The notes under the pieces: generated by a model | What the model saw: the letters and a program-made list of their open reading frames with translations, nothing else | Told to the model about the DNA's origin: nothing | Databases searched by the model: none | Made by a program: the position numbers and the translations under genes | NCBI GenBank assembly: GCA_977016875.1 | Contig: CDRNST010000104.1 | Coordinates: 1 to 64,000 of the forward strand | Length of the DNA: 64,000 nucleotides | Origin: Pavona decussata | Taxonomy: Eukaryota | Direction of reading: 5' to 3' | Shown: positions 1 through 12,361 of the stretch, piece by piece | How the letters are laid out: the number at the start of each line of letters is the position of its first letter | Numbering within the stretch: position 1 is the first letter of the stretch

Positions 1-922
1 CCCAAGAATTATTAATGGTGTGAGAAAGGAAGAGTGAAGTTGGTTGAAAAAGTAAAGCCGAGAAGAATGAAGTTTGTTAAAAAATTGCACGAACAAAACC
101 TCGTTTTCTCAACCCACTTCTGAGTTTTTGGAAATCAGATAAAGCACTTCCTCGTGTTAGTATATTATGTGACTAGTTACCGCGTGGTCATAGCTTTTAG
201 CGGTGTAACTCACTTTAATAGGCGCAATGTCAACACCCGCACTCGGTTTTGGAAAGAGTGGAATTAGTGAACATTTTGGAAGTAAATTGGCTTAGATTAA
301 ATATTTTGTCACTGATCCAAAGTATCCATGCTTCAACTGTGCCCATTTTGGCTTCCAAAATTTATTGTGCTGAAGATGCCATGGAAAACGATCAAGAAAA
401 TAGGGACGCAAAAGTAAATCTATAGCCTAAGGGATTCGCATTGTCCATTGAATGTCAGCAAATAAAGTAAACATTAAGATTTCGCCAATTTTCAAGTACA
501 AAAAGCAAAGCATAATTTTGGCATCACGTTTTCCTTTGCTAAAATTTTGTTTTGTTTATTTTACTGATTTTCCATTTTAATGACTATAAGCTACAAGATA
601 GCCAAATGTCTCGCCTGTGAGGTCAATTTTGAGCATGTCCCTAAATAGCTCTAAATGGAAGAGAACCAGCAAATTTTAACCATCAAGTAATCAAAATCAA
701 TAAAATAACACTAAAATGATGTGAAAATGTAAGGGCCACTACAAGAAAGTTCTTTTTTCATCGATATCAAACAGGCTGTTCTATAACGTTCTTTAAAAGT
801 TAATGTCGTGGTCTTGTGCGACTCTTGTTGTTCTCTCCATATTTTCTTAGTTTAAGTCATGTCTTTGACAGCAACGTTTATGTGCGCAGATCATTGACTG
901 ATGGGGGGAAACTCTAAACTGT

Positions 923-2695
923 CTATAGTCTCGTATCATACTGTTCGAGTTCTATATGTTCTTCCTGGATACCTCTCTGGTGAGGTTTGGATAACAAATG
1001 CTTGAGAGAGTCTCGGAACCTTGCCAGTCTCCATGAATATAGGAAGGGATTCAGCGCAGAATTGATGTAAACGAAGATTGATGAAAACCAGAGCCCTTTC
1101 ATAAGAGCTTCAAGGCTCCAACGACATAACATACAAAAATACAAGACTGAGTCAATTATAAACCAAGGAGTAAAGCAAAGGAAGAATACACACACTATTA
1201 AAGCTATGGACTTAAAGAGACGCTTCTCTCTTTGGTAAAAATGTTGGATTTGAATGGACGACATATTGCTCTTTTTTCTGGTGGGATTACTATGAAAGCG
1301 ACAAAGAATTACAACGTTTACGCAGATAATTATAGTAACGGCTATAAGAACTTGGCCCGTGTAAATTATGCCGTATCAAGAAATGGTCCATTGTAGTGAG
1401 TCAAATTCGTCTTCACAAGTCCAAACAAAAGCCTTTTGTTGTTTATTGCGCTTAGGGAATTGTTCCGAGACTCGGCGAAGATGAATTTCAAATCGTCACA
1501 AAATTGTCGGCGTGTCAAATTAGCGACACTAGGGGAGAGGGGTTTGGAAAGTGGCGGAAGGTTTACTATTATTGTTATTGACCCCAAGCAAGAGACCTGG
1601 AAATGCTAAATTATTTTATACGATTTTGGATCAGTTGATAATAGCGCGCAGCACAACGCCGCAAAACAGTGAAGCTTTTATCGATGGTTTCACTTCAGGT
1701 CAAGAGTTGTGAATTTCAAAACTAACTTGTTACTCGTAAAAAAAAAAGGAAAGGAAAGAAAAGGCTTCGTTAATGAACTTTGGATTGGAAAAATCGCCCG
1801 ATTAGACCGTTTGATTGAAAAGGATCAATGTGGTGAGGTCGTTGTCATTGAGTCTTAAAACAAAAGCATCGGTTGTTAGTGCGGCTCGTAAAGAAGAGGT
1901 GTTAGCTTAAAACTATCACGCTTTCACTCGCGACGCGACGCTTTCGCCAAATATGCAAATTTCGAACTCGTGCAGTCATCGGCTATTTTTTAATTTCCCT
2001 CGTGAATTTCGCTATTGTAATAACAGCGAGTTTGAATTTCCCTCCTGAATTAATAAGCCTTTGTTTGGCACTAAAGCTATTGTTTCAAAATCTCCTTTTA
2101 TGGCCGTATTTGCGACGCTAAACAAAGACCATTGTCTTTGAATTTGATCAGCTTTTCTTGATACGCTAAAAATAATGAAGAGATCCAATAGTGCCGCGTG
2201 CAAAACTCCCAAAACCAACGCGTAGCCCCAAATTAAGATGGTTGCTATCGAAACACGTTTGTTGGTGACCTTCACTCGATACTGAAGAGGTGCAAACAGT
2301 GCGAAAAGTCTATCAAGTGTCAATAAAAGCACATGACCAACTGATACGCTGGATAATACAGCATTTATCGCGAGAGGCACACTCACGGAGAAAGTTGGTT
2401 GATCTCCCACGCCTATAAGCAGCGACCAATCGGCGAGTAAAGGACACAAGATTGAACCAACCAAGACATCAGCAATGGCCATCGAGAATAGAATGCGGCT
2501 GGAAGTGAAGGAGCGAAGTGTCCTCAAAGGGTCTTTCCAAATAACGATGATAATTAACACATTTCCTATCACAATAAGAGGTGCTAGGGTCACCAACGAT
2601 ATTCCGACCACTAATGCTAACGGCCTTTTCTTTTCCATGGAATTCCAGAATTCGTGATCATGACCGTCAAAAAAACTGGCGTTTTCTTGGTCCAT
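923..2695 (-). pseudogene. Class A GPCR copy 1, interrupted by a TIR element between TM4 and TM5
   Basis: 2695-2166 encodes the N-terminus to TM4 (GNVLII, MAIADVLVG, HVLLLTLDRL, ...LFIIFS). The frame resumes at ~1371 (GIIYTGQVLIAV...CRFH) and continues into ORF 923..1264 (CFTPW, NSALNPFLY, C-terminal YDTRL). No other stops or frameshifts were seen in either half. Confidence 0.88.
1372..2165. mobile_element. Non-autonomous DNA transposon (MITE-like, 794 bp)
   Basis: Perfect 12-bp TIR CGTATCAAGAAA (1372) / TTTCTTGATACG (2154-2165), located exactly at the GPCR breakpoints. No transposase. TSD is ambiguous. Confidence 0.8.
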
Positions 2696-3519
2696 TTCTT
2701 AGTGTTCGACAGTTTATCAAAGGGATGTGCTCTTTCTGGAGGCCTTCAGTTAATTACTATGTATCTCGGTGTTGCTTAATTGCAAAGTGAGGAGAAATTT
2801 TCTTTGACGCATACATCAATCTTTTTGGTGGTGTGAGAAATGGACAACTGTAGATTGCAAATTTAGGTGCAAATTAGATGTCCGTCTCTCAAATGCAAAT
2901 AGTAACCGCAGAGTCATCACAAGCAATGGAGACCAAAATATTAATAACAAGATAAACGATGGTCTAAGACCTATTTATAAACTATAAGGTTCTCTTATGT
3001 CGGGATCTCGAACTTTTATGTAATATGTTAAGTCCTTCTATATAGCGTATCTCTTAGAAAAGTCCATAACTCCTGCCTCTAAGGGAACTTGCGTGCTGGT
3101 CACTGTCTAATAAGCGTTATCGCTTTAATGGATGGGAATCTTTAAGCATGACTCACTGAGATCCGACTGCCTTTAAAAATTAAAGCCGACTTCCTAAATT
3201 TTCTTTAAAAGTAGTAGAAAGAGCGGGTTAAGGGGAAAAGTGGTTGTTCGACTCCAAAACCTCATGATATTGGTGGTTGGGAAAATTATAGCTAGCAACC
3301 AGGCTCGCTGGGGAAATTGAGAACGCAATTAAGGAACTCTTCTAATGTTTTGTAGGGTAAATATTCTGCTTTCAGTTAAAAATTACTCTTTTCAGAAATG
3401 TTAGTTAGTTTCCTCAGCTGCTTACTCTGTCGGATGTTTTTTGTATGCGATTGGCTTATTCCGCATGTTTACTGAACATGCACGTATAATAAAACCGAAT
3501 ATTTGAACAGCTTTAATGG

Positions 3520-3673
3520 ATAGGTCATGTCCGAGTTGCTGTGAACCTCTGTGAAAGCTTAGTTTTGTTTGCATTTGAATGAAAACTAATTTTCATCATA
3601 AAAACTTTTCACTTACTAATTAGCCTCGTTTTCCTCGTTTTTGAGGGTCTAAAGAACTCGGAAATGGCATATT
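3520..3673. mobile_element. Short inverted-repeat element (MITE-like)
   Basis: Imperfect TIR ATAGGTCATGTCCGAGTT / AACTCGGAAATGGCATAT. Confidence 0.55.
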
Positions 3674-4369
3674 GAAGATGTCCTTAGGCTAATCGAGTTT
3701 TGAGGGAGAAGGTGAGTGCGTCTTGAAGGACAAGAATATTCATGATAGGATAAGGCTCGGAAAAGTTGTCGAATTGAGGCGATTGGTCACGTGGCAACGA
3801 CATGTGACCATGGTCCTGTTATGTAACCTTTTAATGCCAAGTCACACACATGACCTAATTTTATCCACGATAGAATATTTTATTCGTGTTAGTGGCGTGG
3901 TCAAGAGACTGGTTTACAAAATCATTTTTCGCCACGTTACTTGATTTTGAGCACTGGAATTGTATTGGGAGATCCCTGGTTCAAGGTCTCGTTTCTGACT
4001 AATGGCTCCGCCTTTTATACCAACCTTGTTTCCCACCGCCTTTCCTTTGAAAATCATATCCGGAGGGTCATATGGCAGTCCCAAAGGTTTTGCTCCTGGA
4101 TCATCTTGACTCCAGGTCGGATTCTCCAAGAATTTCAATTTGATATTTTTATAGGTTACAGTGAGTTTGTGAGGTAGAAAATCGTAAACACCCTTGTGAG
4201 ACTTAAATTAAAGACGTCGTCTTGTGCGACTAGCAGCAGTGATCTTCGAATTAATTCTGTGTGTAAACAAGACATCAAACTGCAATCGGACCATATAAAT
4301 TGAACATCCTGACGCCACAGTAGAAGGACAATCACTAAAGCAATATATTACCGTTTGCAAGTTCAAATT

Positions 4370-4645
4370 CAATAAAATAAAATAAATAAATCACTTCATT
4401 TAAGTGTCAATGTATTTAGCGCACAGCACTTATTGGGGACACTTTCCAAAACGAATTGGAATTTAGAAGTGTTGGTTTTGTAGGGGACGGGAAAACGGGA
4501 GTACGCGGAGAAAAACCTCTCGGAGCAAGGACGAGAACCAACAACAAACTCAACCCACATATGCCGCCGAGTCCGGGAATCGAACCCCGTCCACATTGGT
4601 AGGAGGCGAGTGCTCTCACCTGACTGCGACATCCATGCTCCCCTC
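4370..4645 (-). mobile_element. tRNA-derived SINE
   Basis: The minus strand has a tRNA-like head (GGTGAGAGCACTCG...GGTTCGATTCCCGG), a central GGTTTTTCTCCGCGTACTCC domain resembling V/Meta-SINE cores, and a (TTTA)n tail. Confidence 0.8.
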
Positions 4646-4909
4646 AACATCAACGTCGGTCAGAATTTAATGAAATCAACACGGACCAATTTTTGAAAAT
4701 TGGTAAATTTTGTATTGATGGCGTCTACGACTCTGTGTACCTCCTAGCCCTTTGAAATTCTAGCATACTAATTATTATTCCAAGGTTTCTTTTCCTTCCT
4801 GAAAACGCTGTCTACGTATCCTTATGTCAAAGTTTTGAGGTGGTTTATTGCAGCTGTTAGTTAGAACTACAACTTATTTCCTAACTGACGAGATGGCATT
4901 TAAGCACTC

Positions 4910-5923
4910 TCACAACCTTGAATCATGTGTTTGCCTTTCGTCAGTAACATTGACTGCATTTCTCCGCGGTCCGTTTGGACAGCAATATTTTCTCCAAAAA
5001 TACTTGAAAGTGGCTTGAAATTTGGAAAACCTCCACGCGTATAAAAACGGATTCATAGCAGAATTAAAAAATATAATAAATTCTGCCGCGTGGTTAAAAA
5101 CCAACCAGGATTTTCTGTGACAAGCCTGCCGGCAGAAGAAGAATAAAAACTGGTTTACCAACCATGGAAGAAAACAAACGTAAAAGGCTAGAATGACCGA
5201 GAGAATTACCACGAACACTTTCTTCTCCCTTTCGTAAAGCAAGACCTTGTTGGACTGAGAGTTTTCACTCATAATTCGAGTCTTATGATGTTTGCATAGC
5301 TGCCTCAGCGTCACAAAGTACAAAAAACTAAAGCTCTCTGAGGAAAGCCCAACTAGTATGGTGTAAATGAAGAACAACACGAGAAAATATTCTTGCAGTA
5401 AGCTTGCCAGGACAGCAAAAGAAAAACAAGAAACCCATATTGATGAAGAGGCGATCGCCACTCGCTTTTTCGTAAATATCAGCCGATATTTGAAGGGCTT
5501 TGCCAAAGCATAATACCTGTCGATAGTCAACAGCAAAATGTGGCCAACGGATACAATAAGAAAAAAATGGCTGAATATCAAAACGGGCAAAAGGGACGTC
5601 CAGGGGTCTGTTTTCATCGCAAGGCGGAAATAAAACGCGGAGGTACCAGGGGCAAGGACCAATCCAACCATTACATCGGCTATTGCTAGCGATAGGAGAA
5701 TTACGTTTGTTGGCGAATACCTCAATGTCTTTAATGGATCTGTCCACACTGCGGCAATAACAAACGTGTTTCCCACTACGGCTGCTACTGATAAAAGTAA
5801 ATAGCAGATACCCATAATTGTCATTTGCGTTACAGATTCTTCCTTCATCAGTTCTTTAAGCTTGCTTACAAGCATTTTTCCGGAAGCATTCCAGTAATCC
5901 ATGTGACCAAACACGGCGGCCAT
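4910..5923 (-). CDS. Class A GPCR copy 2 (337 aa), MECA/adenosine-receptor-like orphan
   Basis: 7 hydrophobic segments; GN (TM1), LAIAD (TM2), DRY, CFLPW, NSAMNPFLY; N-terminus MAAVFGH; C-terminus DSRL. Confidence 0.93.
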   Translation of the reverse strand: MAAVFGHMDYWNASGKMLVSKLKELMKEESVTQMTIMGICYLLLSVAAVVGNTFVIAAVWTDPLKTLRYSPTNVILLSLAIADVMVGLVLAPGTSAFYFRLAMKTDPWTSLLPVLIFSHFFLIVSVGHILLLTIDRYYALAKPFKYRLIFTKKRVAIASSSIWVSCFSFAVLASLLQEYFLVLFFIYTILVGLSSESFSFLYFVTLRQLCKHHKTRIMSENSQSNKVLLYEREKKVFVVILSVILAFYVCFLPWLVNQFLFFFCRQACHRKSWLVFNHAAEFIIFFNSAMNPFLYAWRFSKFQATFKYFWRKYCCPNGPRRNAVNVTDERQTHDSRL

Positions 5924-7853
5924 GTTAGCTGCTATTACAGTATATCTGAGGAGAATAATTCTGGTGATCCGTAGTATAAATCTGTTCCAGCACTCGCCAA
6001 TTGGTTTCAGATAATAAAACAGCTTATTATGTTTCTCGCATCATCCAAGCAAAATTGTGATGTTATTACGGTACCAGGGTGAACCGACAAGATCACTTTA
6101 ATTTTTTTCCTGTTCTGAATAGCCAGAATGATGACTTCACTCTCAGAGAAAAGAAGACATCCATATAAGTTCAGGGTTTACCTAGTCTGTTTATTGCTTT
6201 TCAAAAGTATTGTTTATACATCCTTTAAGAATAGGTAGAAGAGATAAAGAAACTCATATATATGCAAATGACCAAAGTAGACCACCGTTTAATTTCATAT
6301 ATCTTAAAGCAATGAAACTGATAATATATTATACATATAAATTGTCTTTCAAATGATAAAGCAAATTTTTATTGTTTTTACTTCATACTGGTATTATTAT
6401 CAAGTGGTACCGCCCAGAGAAACAAGATCACTTGTAATTTTCTCCCAAGACAACCTATTTCAGGATTACTTCTTTCGCAGTGAAAGAGTTGTGTTTGAGC
6501 ATACCACACCACAGTTGAATATCTTAACAAAAACGTTTCCATTGGTCAGTTGCTCCAACTCATTCCAAATTCTATTGTTTTTTGTGCAGGGTATAGGCCA
6601 AAAAACCAAACAAAAACATACAACAAAGAAGTTTATCAGGTTTCATAACCGTTGCCTTAAATTAACTATGGTTTAAGAACGAAACTTTTTTCATGAAGGA
6701 AATTTTCGGATTGTTGATTGTGTCAAGGTAGTACTATATTTATTTGAATAATGAATTGCGTCAAATCGAAAAATTTGACAGCCGGATTTATTCTTGAAAA
6801 ACGAATTAGTCAATTTAATTCTGATGAAGTCGTGTTTTCGGCTGACTGTAACTGTTTGGTAAAACTTATTCTTATATGGGTTTAGGGTAGATCCACGTTA
6901 AACCTTGAGTGACCATATAAGGAGTAGTTTGTTCAGGTGCACTGATGGAATACGCAAGCGATCAAGGGATGAAGGGAACAAACAAAATCCACAAAACTTG
7001 TATACTGTTAATAATCAAGAATAGAAACTTATGACACTTTTATACCCTTCGTGAAATTGTCAAATAAAATGTCAAAAAATACCTTGGGTTCTTAGTAACG
7101 AGTACTGATATCGGCAGACAGATGAGACACTACCAGCGTATCTCTCTAAATATATTTGGACATTTATGCTTTTAAAATGTCGACAAAATACCACTGACTA
7201 TATGTTTACTAGGTGCTTTTCATAAATTTTTAGTCACAATTGATTCATTTTTACAAACGCAGACGCAGAAAATCAGAAAATCAGTGGTTAAGATATGATT
7301 TTCCAAATATATTCAGACATTAGTTTTCAACCGGTTTATAAAGTACGGATTAATAAATGTTTTCCGTTCGGGTCCAGTCATTTTGTAATTGTAATAGGAC
7401 TGACTAGAGTCCAATTCAGTCCGTCTAATTATAATATGATTTGAGTGACTAAAACAAAATCAGACTCGGCCGCGTAGCGGAAGTCCAGATAACTTTAATC
7501 CCGAGTATGACTACAGAAAGAATTGGACAACGCGATTTGGAACAAAAATGTCATGCATATATTTTTTAAGCTTTTTAAAATTATTGTGCTTAATTATCTC
7601 TGAAAAATGCGTGGTTACTCCCAATTTTTTTTGTATTACAACCACCCATGCTAAGGTTAAGATCGGCTGCTTTCTCTCATAATCATAAACTGCACAAAAA
7701 TACCACTCTATTAACTGAGAAAAACATAACCATAACTAACACATAAAATAAAATCATAGCCATCGCTTATACTTCCCCGTTTAGAATAAGCAGAATGAGG
7801 TAAACAAAAAGAAAACTCATATCTATGCAAATGATCTAATTCATATCTCTTTC

Positions 7854-8020
7854 AATAGCCCTTTTCACGGTTGATTTTTCTCATTTGCATTACAATGTTA
7901 TCCAATGTGGATGCGAGGAAATTTCGGGCTAAAACTACAAAATAGCCCGAAATTGCCTCACAAACATGCTAGATTTCATTGTAATGCAAATGAGCAGAGT
8001 TAACCGTGAAAAGGGTTATT
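7854..8020. mobile_element. Inverted-repeat MITE
   Basis: ~45-bp imperfect TIR AATAGCCCTTTTCACGGTT...CATTTGCATTACAATG / CATTGTAATGCAAATG...AACCGTGAAAAGGGTTATT. Confidence 0.7.
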
Positions 8021-8618
8021 GTCATAAATTTAATCGAAGTTTGTTTCAAATGAAAGTTATATTAGATATAAACTTCATGGGGTCCTTTAATAAAAGTTTG
8101 ATAAGATCACTGATCAGGTATTATTATACGCGTCTCAGGATATTTGCTATCTCTCAGAGCCTTGATTGATTAAGCCATTCGCAGCCAAATCTACCAGATT
8201 CTATCATGACTGATTCGATGGCCGTTTGTGCCTTACACTTCTCAGCAACTCGGTATCAGTTCAGTATATGATTCATGTAGTCGTGTAATTGACTTCTTTT
8301 CTTGTTTTTACTGTTGTTCATTTTACATTGTTAAATATTTCTAAGTTAGATCTTAATCAAAAAATTAATATTGTGCCCTGTGGGACTCACGATTGACCTA
8401 AATGGATTTACTGAGTCAGTATGCATTGTCACTGTAGAATGCCGGATGGATTTCCATGTTAGCGAAAACGATTCACTAGTTTATAATAGTACTGCGACCT
8501 ACCTCTACGCTTTTGGGTCCATTTTGTTTTCTGAACGAATGATCTACTTTTTTCATGAAAAAGAAATATCCTCCGTCAATGATTTTCTTTTCGTAAATGT
8601 TTTAGTGAGTACTGTTTA

Positions 8619-8764
8619 AAGTCAAATCCCTTTATTGCGGACACCCTCGGGACCGCGAGTCATTGTCCTGTCCGTAATAGTGGCTGTCTACCGGGGATTT
8701 AGCTGCTGTCCGTATTATCGGGGTGTCCGTAATAGCGAGGTATCCGCAAGGCGAGAGTTGACTG
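8619..8764. mobile_element. Tc1/pogo-like MITE
   Basis: TA-flanked (C/A)AGTCAA...TTGACTG ends with internal GTCCGTAATAGCG repeats. Related copies at 24607 and 56469. Confidence 0.7.
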
Positions 8765-8977
8765 TATACATAAACCTAGTATTTTGGGAGGCCTTATTTC
8801 AATCATAACCATGTCTACTGTCAAGGTAGATAGACACCTGCCTATGTTCAGTTTTTTAAAGGCCTAACTTCTTGCATGTGCTGCCTGCAGGCAGGATGGA
8901 GGCCTTGCCGTTAAAGCCTTGTATCCCAAAAAGAATCATCGACTTGTCGGTTTGCACTGACATGGCACCAGCGCCAG

Positions 8978-9447
8978 TGTTCAAGAAGTGCTTAAATGTA
9001 TCTCGATATTTAGGAAGCCTCCATGCGTACAAAAATGGATTTACGGCTGAATTTGCCTACATTTATCCGGCTGTAAACGCATAAACCAACATCAACAGCG
9101 ATAAATTTTTGGCGCATGGAATACAAATGTAAAGTAGTATCTGTACTATGAACCAAGGCATGAAACAGATGAAGAACACGCAGATGATGATGGCAATGGC
9201 CTTGCGGAGCGTTCTTTCTCTTTGAAGCATTTGTTGACGATGTACTGCTGACTGGTCCTCCAGTGCTTCAGTGGTAGTCTTAGCATATTTGTGAAAGCGA
9301 TACAGGATCACAATGTACAACGCCACTGGAATGGGGTGACCAAAGCGAAAAACCTGTTGGTGGTTAAGAGGAGCATGTGACTGATGCTGACAGTTACAAA
9401 GAGAGAACTAGATGTTAAAGGTCTAAATGGTGGGTCTTCATGGTAAG
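8978..9447 (-). pseudogene. Partial duplicate of GPCR copy 3 with an internal deletion
   Basis: Near-identical to ~9604-9945 (TM5-helix 8) fused at ~9325 to a TM3/ICL2 piece matching ~10110-10230. TM4, TM1-2 and the C-tail are missing; frameshifts are present. Confidence 0.85.
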
Positions 9448-9536
9448 GTTCGTGAAAAGGTAGCGCAATATACCTAACACCACACTTCATTTTAACTTTC
9501 AATGTTAGACTTTCATGCCGTGATTTCTGGAGGACT

Positions 9537-10532
9537 TTAAAGCCTTGTATCGTAACAATCCCTGCCTTGCCTGTTTTCAATGCTGTAGCAGCACTTTCGC
9601 CTCTTCAAGAAGTGCTTGAACGTATCTCGATATTTAGGAAGCCTCCATGCGTACAAGAATGGATTTACGGCTGAATTTGCTTGCATTAATCCGGCTGTAA
9701 ACGCAAAAACCAGCCACAAAAGCGATAAATTTTGGGCGCATGGAATACAAATGTAAAGTAGTATCTGTACTATGAACCAAGGCATGAAACAGATTAAGAA
9801 CACACAGATGATGATGGCGATGGCCTTGCAGAGCGTTCTTTCTCTTTGAAGTATTTGTTGACGATGTAGTGCTGACTGGTCCTCCAGTGCTTCAGTGGTA
9901 GTCTTAACATATTTGTGAAAGCGATACAGGATCACAATGTACAACCCCAAAATACAAACGATTATAAAGAAAACTTGTATGTTGTAAATGGCTGCCAGTA
10001 TGACAAAACGTTTTTGCCATAAAGAAAATACACATCCGAACAACAAAAAATAGACCCAGCAACTAACTGTCGCGATACCGACTCGTTTGTTTGTCACTTT
10101 AACTCGATACTGGAGTGGGGTGACCAAAGCGAAAAACCTGTCTGTGGTTAAGAGGAGCATGTGACCTATACTGACATTTACAAAGAGAAAACTAGATGCA
10201 AAAAGTCCAAACGGTAGGTCTTGATGGTAAAATACAGCCCATCCCCAATAAGCAGTCAATGGACATCCAACTAAACCAACCAAAAGATCGGCAATAGCCA
10301 TAGACAGGAGAATAAAGTTTGATGGTGACGATCGTAGGTTCTTCAAAGGATCTCTCCAAACTGACAAGACGACCAATGAATTGCCAAGCACAATTATTGG
10401 AGACATGGTAATAGCAGGTATAGCAATAGTCGCGGATATAGTCTTTGCATTTCCAGCACGAAGCCATGCCTTTTGTAAAGCGTCTTCGCTTGACAGATTC
10501 CAAAAATTGAAGTGACCTGTAACGGCAGCCAT
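9537..10532 (-). CDS. Class A GPCR copy 3 (331 aa)
   Basis: Start placed at the ATG of MAAVTGHFNFWN, which is homologous to the paralog starts (the ORF track extends to a non-ATG start at 10625). DRF, CFMPW, CIPC, NSAVNPFLY, C-terminus YDTRL. Confidence 0.93.
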   Translation of the reverse strand: MAAVTGHFNFWNLSSEDALQKAWLRAGNAKTISATIAIPAITMSPIIVLGNSLVVLSVWRDPLKNLRSSPSNFILLSMAIADLLVGLVGCPLTAYWGWAVFYHQDLPFGLFASSFLFVNVSIGHMLLLTTDRFFALVTPLQYRVKVTNKRVGIATVSCWVYFLLFGCVFSLWQKRFVILAAIYNIQVFFIIVCILGLYIVILYRFHKYVKTTTEALEDQSALHRQQILQRERTLCKAIAIIICVFLICFMPWFIVQILLYICIPCAQNLSLLWLVFAFTAGLMQANSAVNPFLYAWRLPKYRDTFKHFLKRRKCCYSIENRQGRDCYDTRL

Positions 10533-11368
10533 TTCGCCAGGAGAAGTTCCAATCTCGCCGTTGAGATGTTGCTTTGACTCAGCTTTTTTCCGAATCTTCC
10601 TGTTTGGCGTGTGTTTCGTGATCAACGCTGATGAGTACAGAATCCCTAACTGTTTGTTCTAATTGATTTGAAAGGAAGTGTGACGTATGTAAGTCTTAGT
10701 TGAAACCTTTATAATTGAAAGTTTGCATATTGTATATTATATAGTATATATACATATATATATATATTATAAATGTGACAACTTCTGACGAGGTGTTCCA
10801 ATGTGATTCATGAACGGGATTAAATCAAAAATTCAAAAACCTCCGTACCAGTTTTCGTAACTCAAAATATTGCATTTAGATTTTTCTTGAAGCAGGTTAT
10901 TTTCTTAAACCTTTGATTAAACAAAGCTACACGATATTTACAGAGTTAGGAAATTGTATTTGCCATCTCTGACGTTGAGAAGGCAGTTATAACTGGCAAG
11001 TCAGGCCTTTCTTTGTAACTTTTAAATTTAAAAATGTTTAAAAATACGAATGACGGCACACACGATTGTGCTGTAGATGGGAAGGCAATTCTTTTTATTA
11101 TTTAGTACAATTGCCTTTTACTGCTGAAGGCAATCCTTATCTTTTGTTACAAATGAAAGCTGTGCGACATCTTCCTAGTAAGAAAAGCACATTTGAATAC
11201 AGCTTCCATTAAGAATACTCGTTTTCATCTTTATGGAAATTTTACCGGCTGTCATTTTGGAAAAAAGATAATAACCATTTTCAAAACATTCTGCTGCTTT
11301 TGGCCCACTATAGCTTCATTTTAATTCAGTTTAATTTTAGACTTTCATTCCGTGATTTCTGGAGGATT

Positions 11369-12361
11369 TTAAAGCCTTGTATCCTGATAATCCCTGACTT
11401 GCCTGTTTTCAATGCTGTGGCAGTACTTTCGCTTCTTCAAGAAGTGCTTGAATGTATCTCGATATTTAGGAAGCCTCCATGCGTACAGAAATGGGTTTAC
11501 TGCGGAATTTGAATACATCCAAGCGGCAATGATTGCATACACTAACATCAACAGGGACAGATTACGGCCGCATGGAATACAAACATATAATAGTATTTGC
11601 AATATAAACCAAGGCACAAAGCAGATTAGAAATGCACAGATGACGATGGCGATGGCTTTACATACAGTTCTTTCCCTATGAAGAATCTGTTCACGAATTG
11701 TTGGTGACTGGTCCTCCAGTGCTTTAGTGGTCTGTGAATATTTGTGAAAGCGACTTAAAGTCACAAAGTTCATGACCAAGATACAGATCAGAATACAGAA
11801 GATTTGCACGTTGTATATAGTTCCCACGATGATGTACTGGTTTGGCCAAACGGCAAATGCGCATCCGAATAGCACGAAATAGATCCAACATGCTACAGTA
11901 GCGATGCAGACTCGCCTATTTGTAACCTTGACTCGATATTGGAATGGAGTCACCAAAGCAAAGAATCTGTCGATGCTTAGCAGAAGCACATGGCCAGCAC
12001 TGACATTAATTAGCGTAGAAAAGAATTTCAAAGGTTCAAATGCCGGATTGCTCCTGTGAAATACAGCCCAGCCCCAATACGCAGTCAGAGGACACGCCAC
12101 CAAACCAATCAGAAGGTCAGCAATGGACATGGAAAGAATGATAAAGTTTGAAGGTGATGACCGAAGTTTCTTCAGGGGATCTTTCCAAACTGATACGAAG
12201 ACCAACGAATTTCCAAACACGATGATCGGAGACATGATCATTGCCAGAACAGCAACAGTTGTGGATATGGTCTTTACATTGTCGACCTTGAGCCATACGT
12301 TTAGCAAGGCTTCTTCGCTTGTCATATTCCAGAAATCAAAGTTGCCCGTAATGGCCGCCAT
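11369..12361 (-). CDS. Class A GPCR copy 4 (330 aa)
   Basis: MAAITGNFDFWN start; DRF, CFVPW, CIPC, NSAVNPFLY, C-terminus QDTRL. The proximal 3' UTR is similar to that of copy 3. Confidence 0.93.
   Translation of the reverse strand: MAAITGNFDFWNMTSEEALLNVWLKVDNVKTISTTVAVLAMIMSPIIVFGNSLVFVSVWKDPLKKLRSSPSNFIILSMSIADLLIGLVACPLTAYWGWAVFHRSNPAFEPLKFFSTLINVSAGHVLLLSIDRFFALVTPFQYRVKVTNRRVCIATVACWIYFVLFGCAFAVWPNQYIIVGTIYNVQIFCILICILVMNFVTLSRFHKYSQTTKALEDQSPTIREQILHRERTVCKAIAIVICAFLICFVPWFILQILLYVCIPCGRNLSLLMLVYAIIAAWMYSNSAVNPFLYAWRLPKYRDTFKHFLKKRKYCHSIENRQVRDYQDTRL

Noticed and set aside
1372-2165. Normal intron in GPCR copy 1
   Set aside because: There is a GT near the start but no in-frame AG at the far end; TIRs are present and the paralogs are intronless.
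3914-4177. Small gene between GPCR copies 1 and 2
   Set aside because: No recognisable motif, ATG start or clear splice sites.
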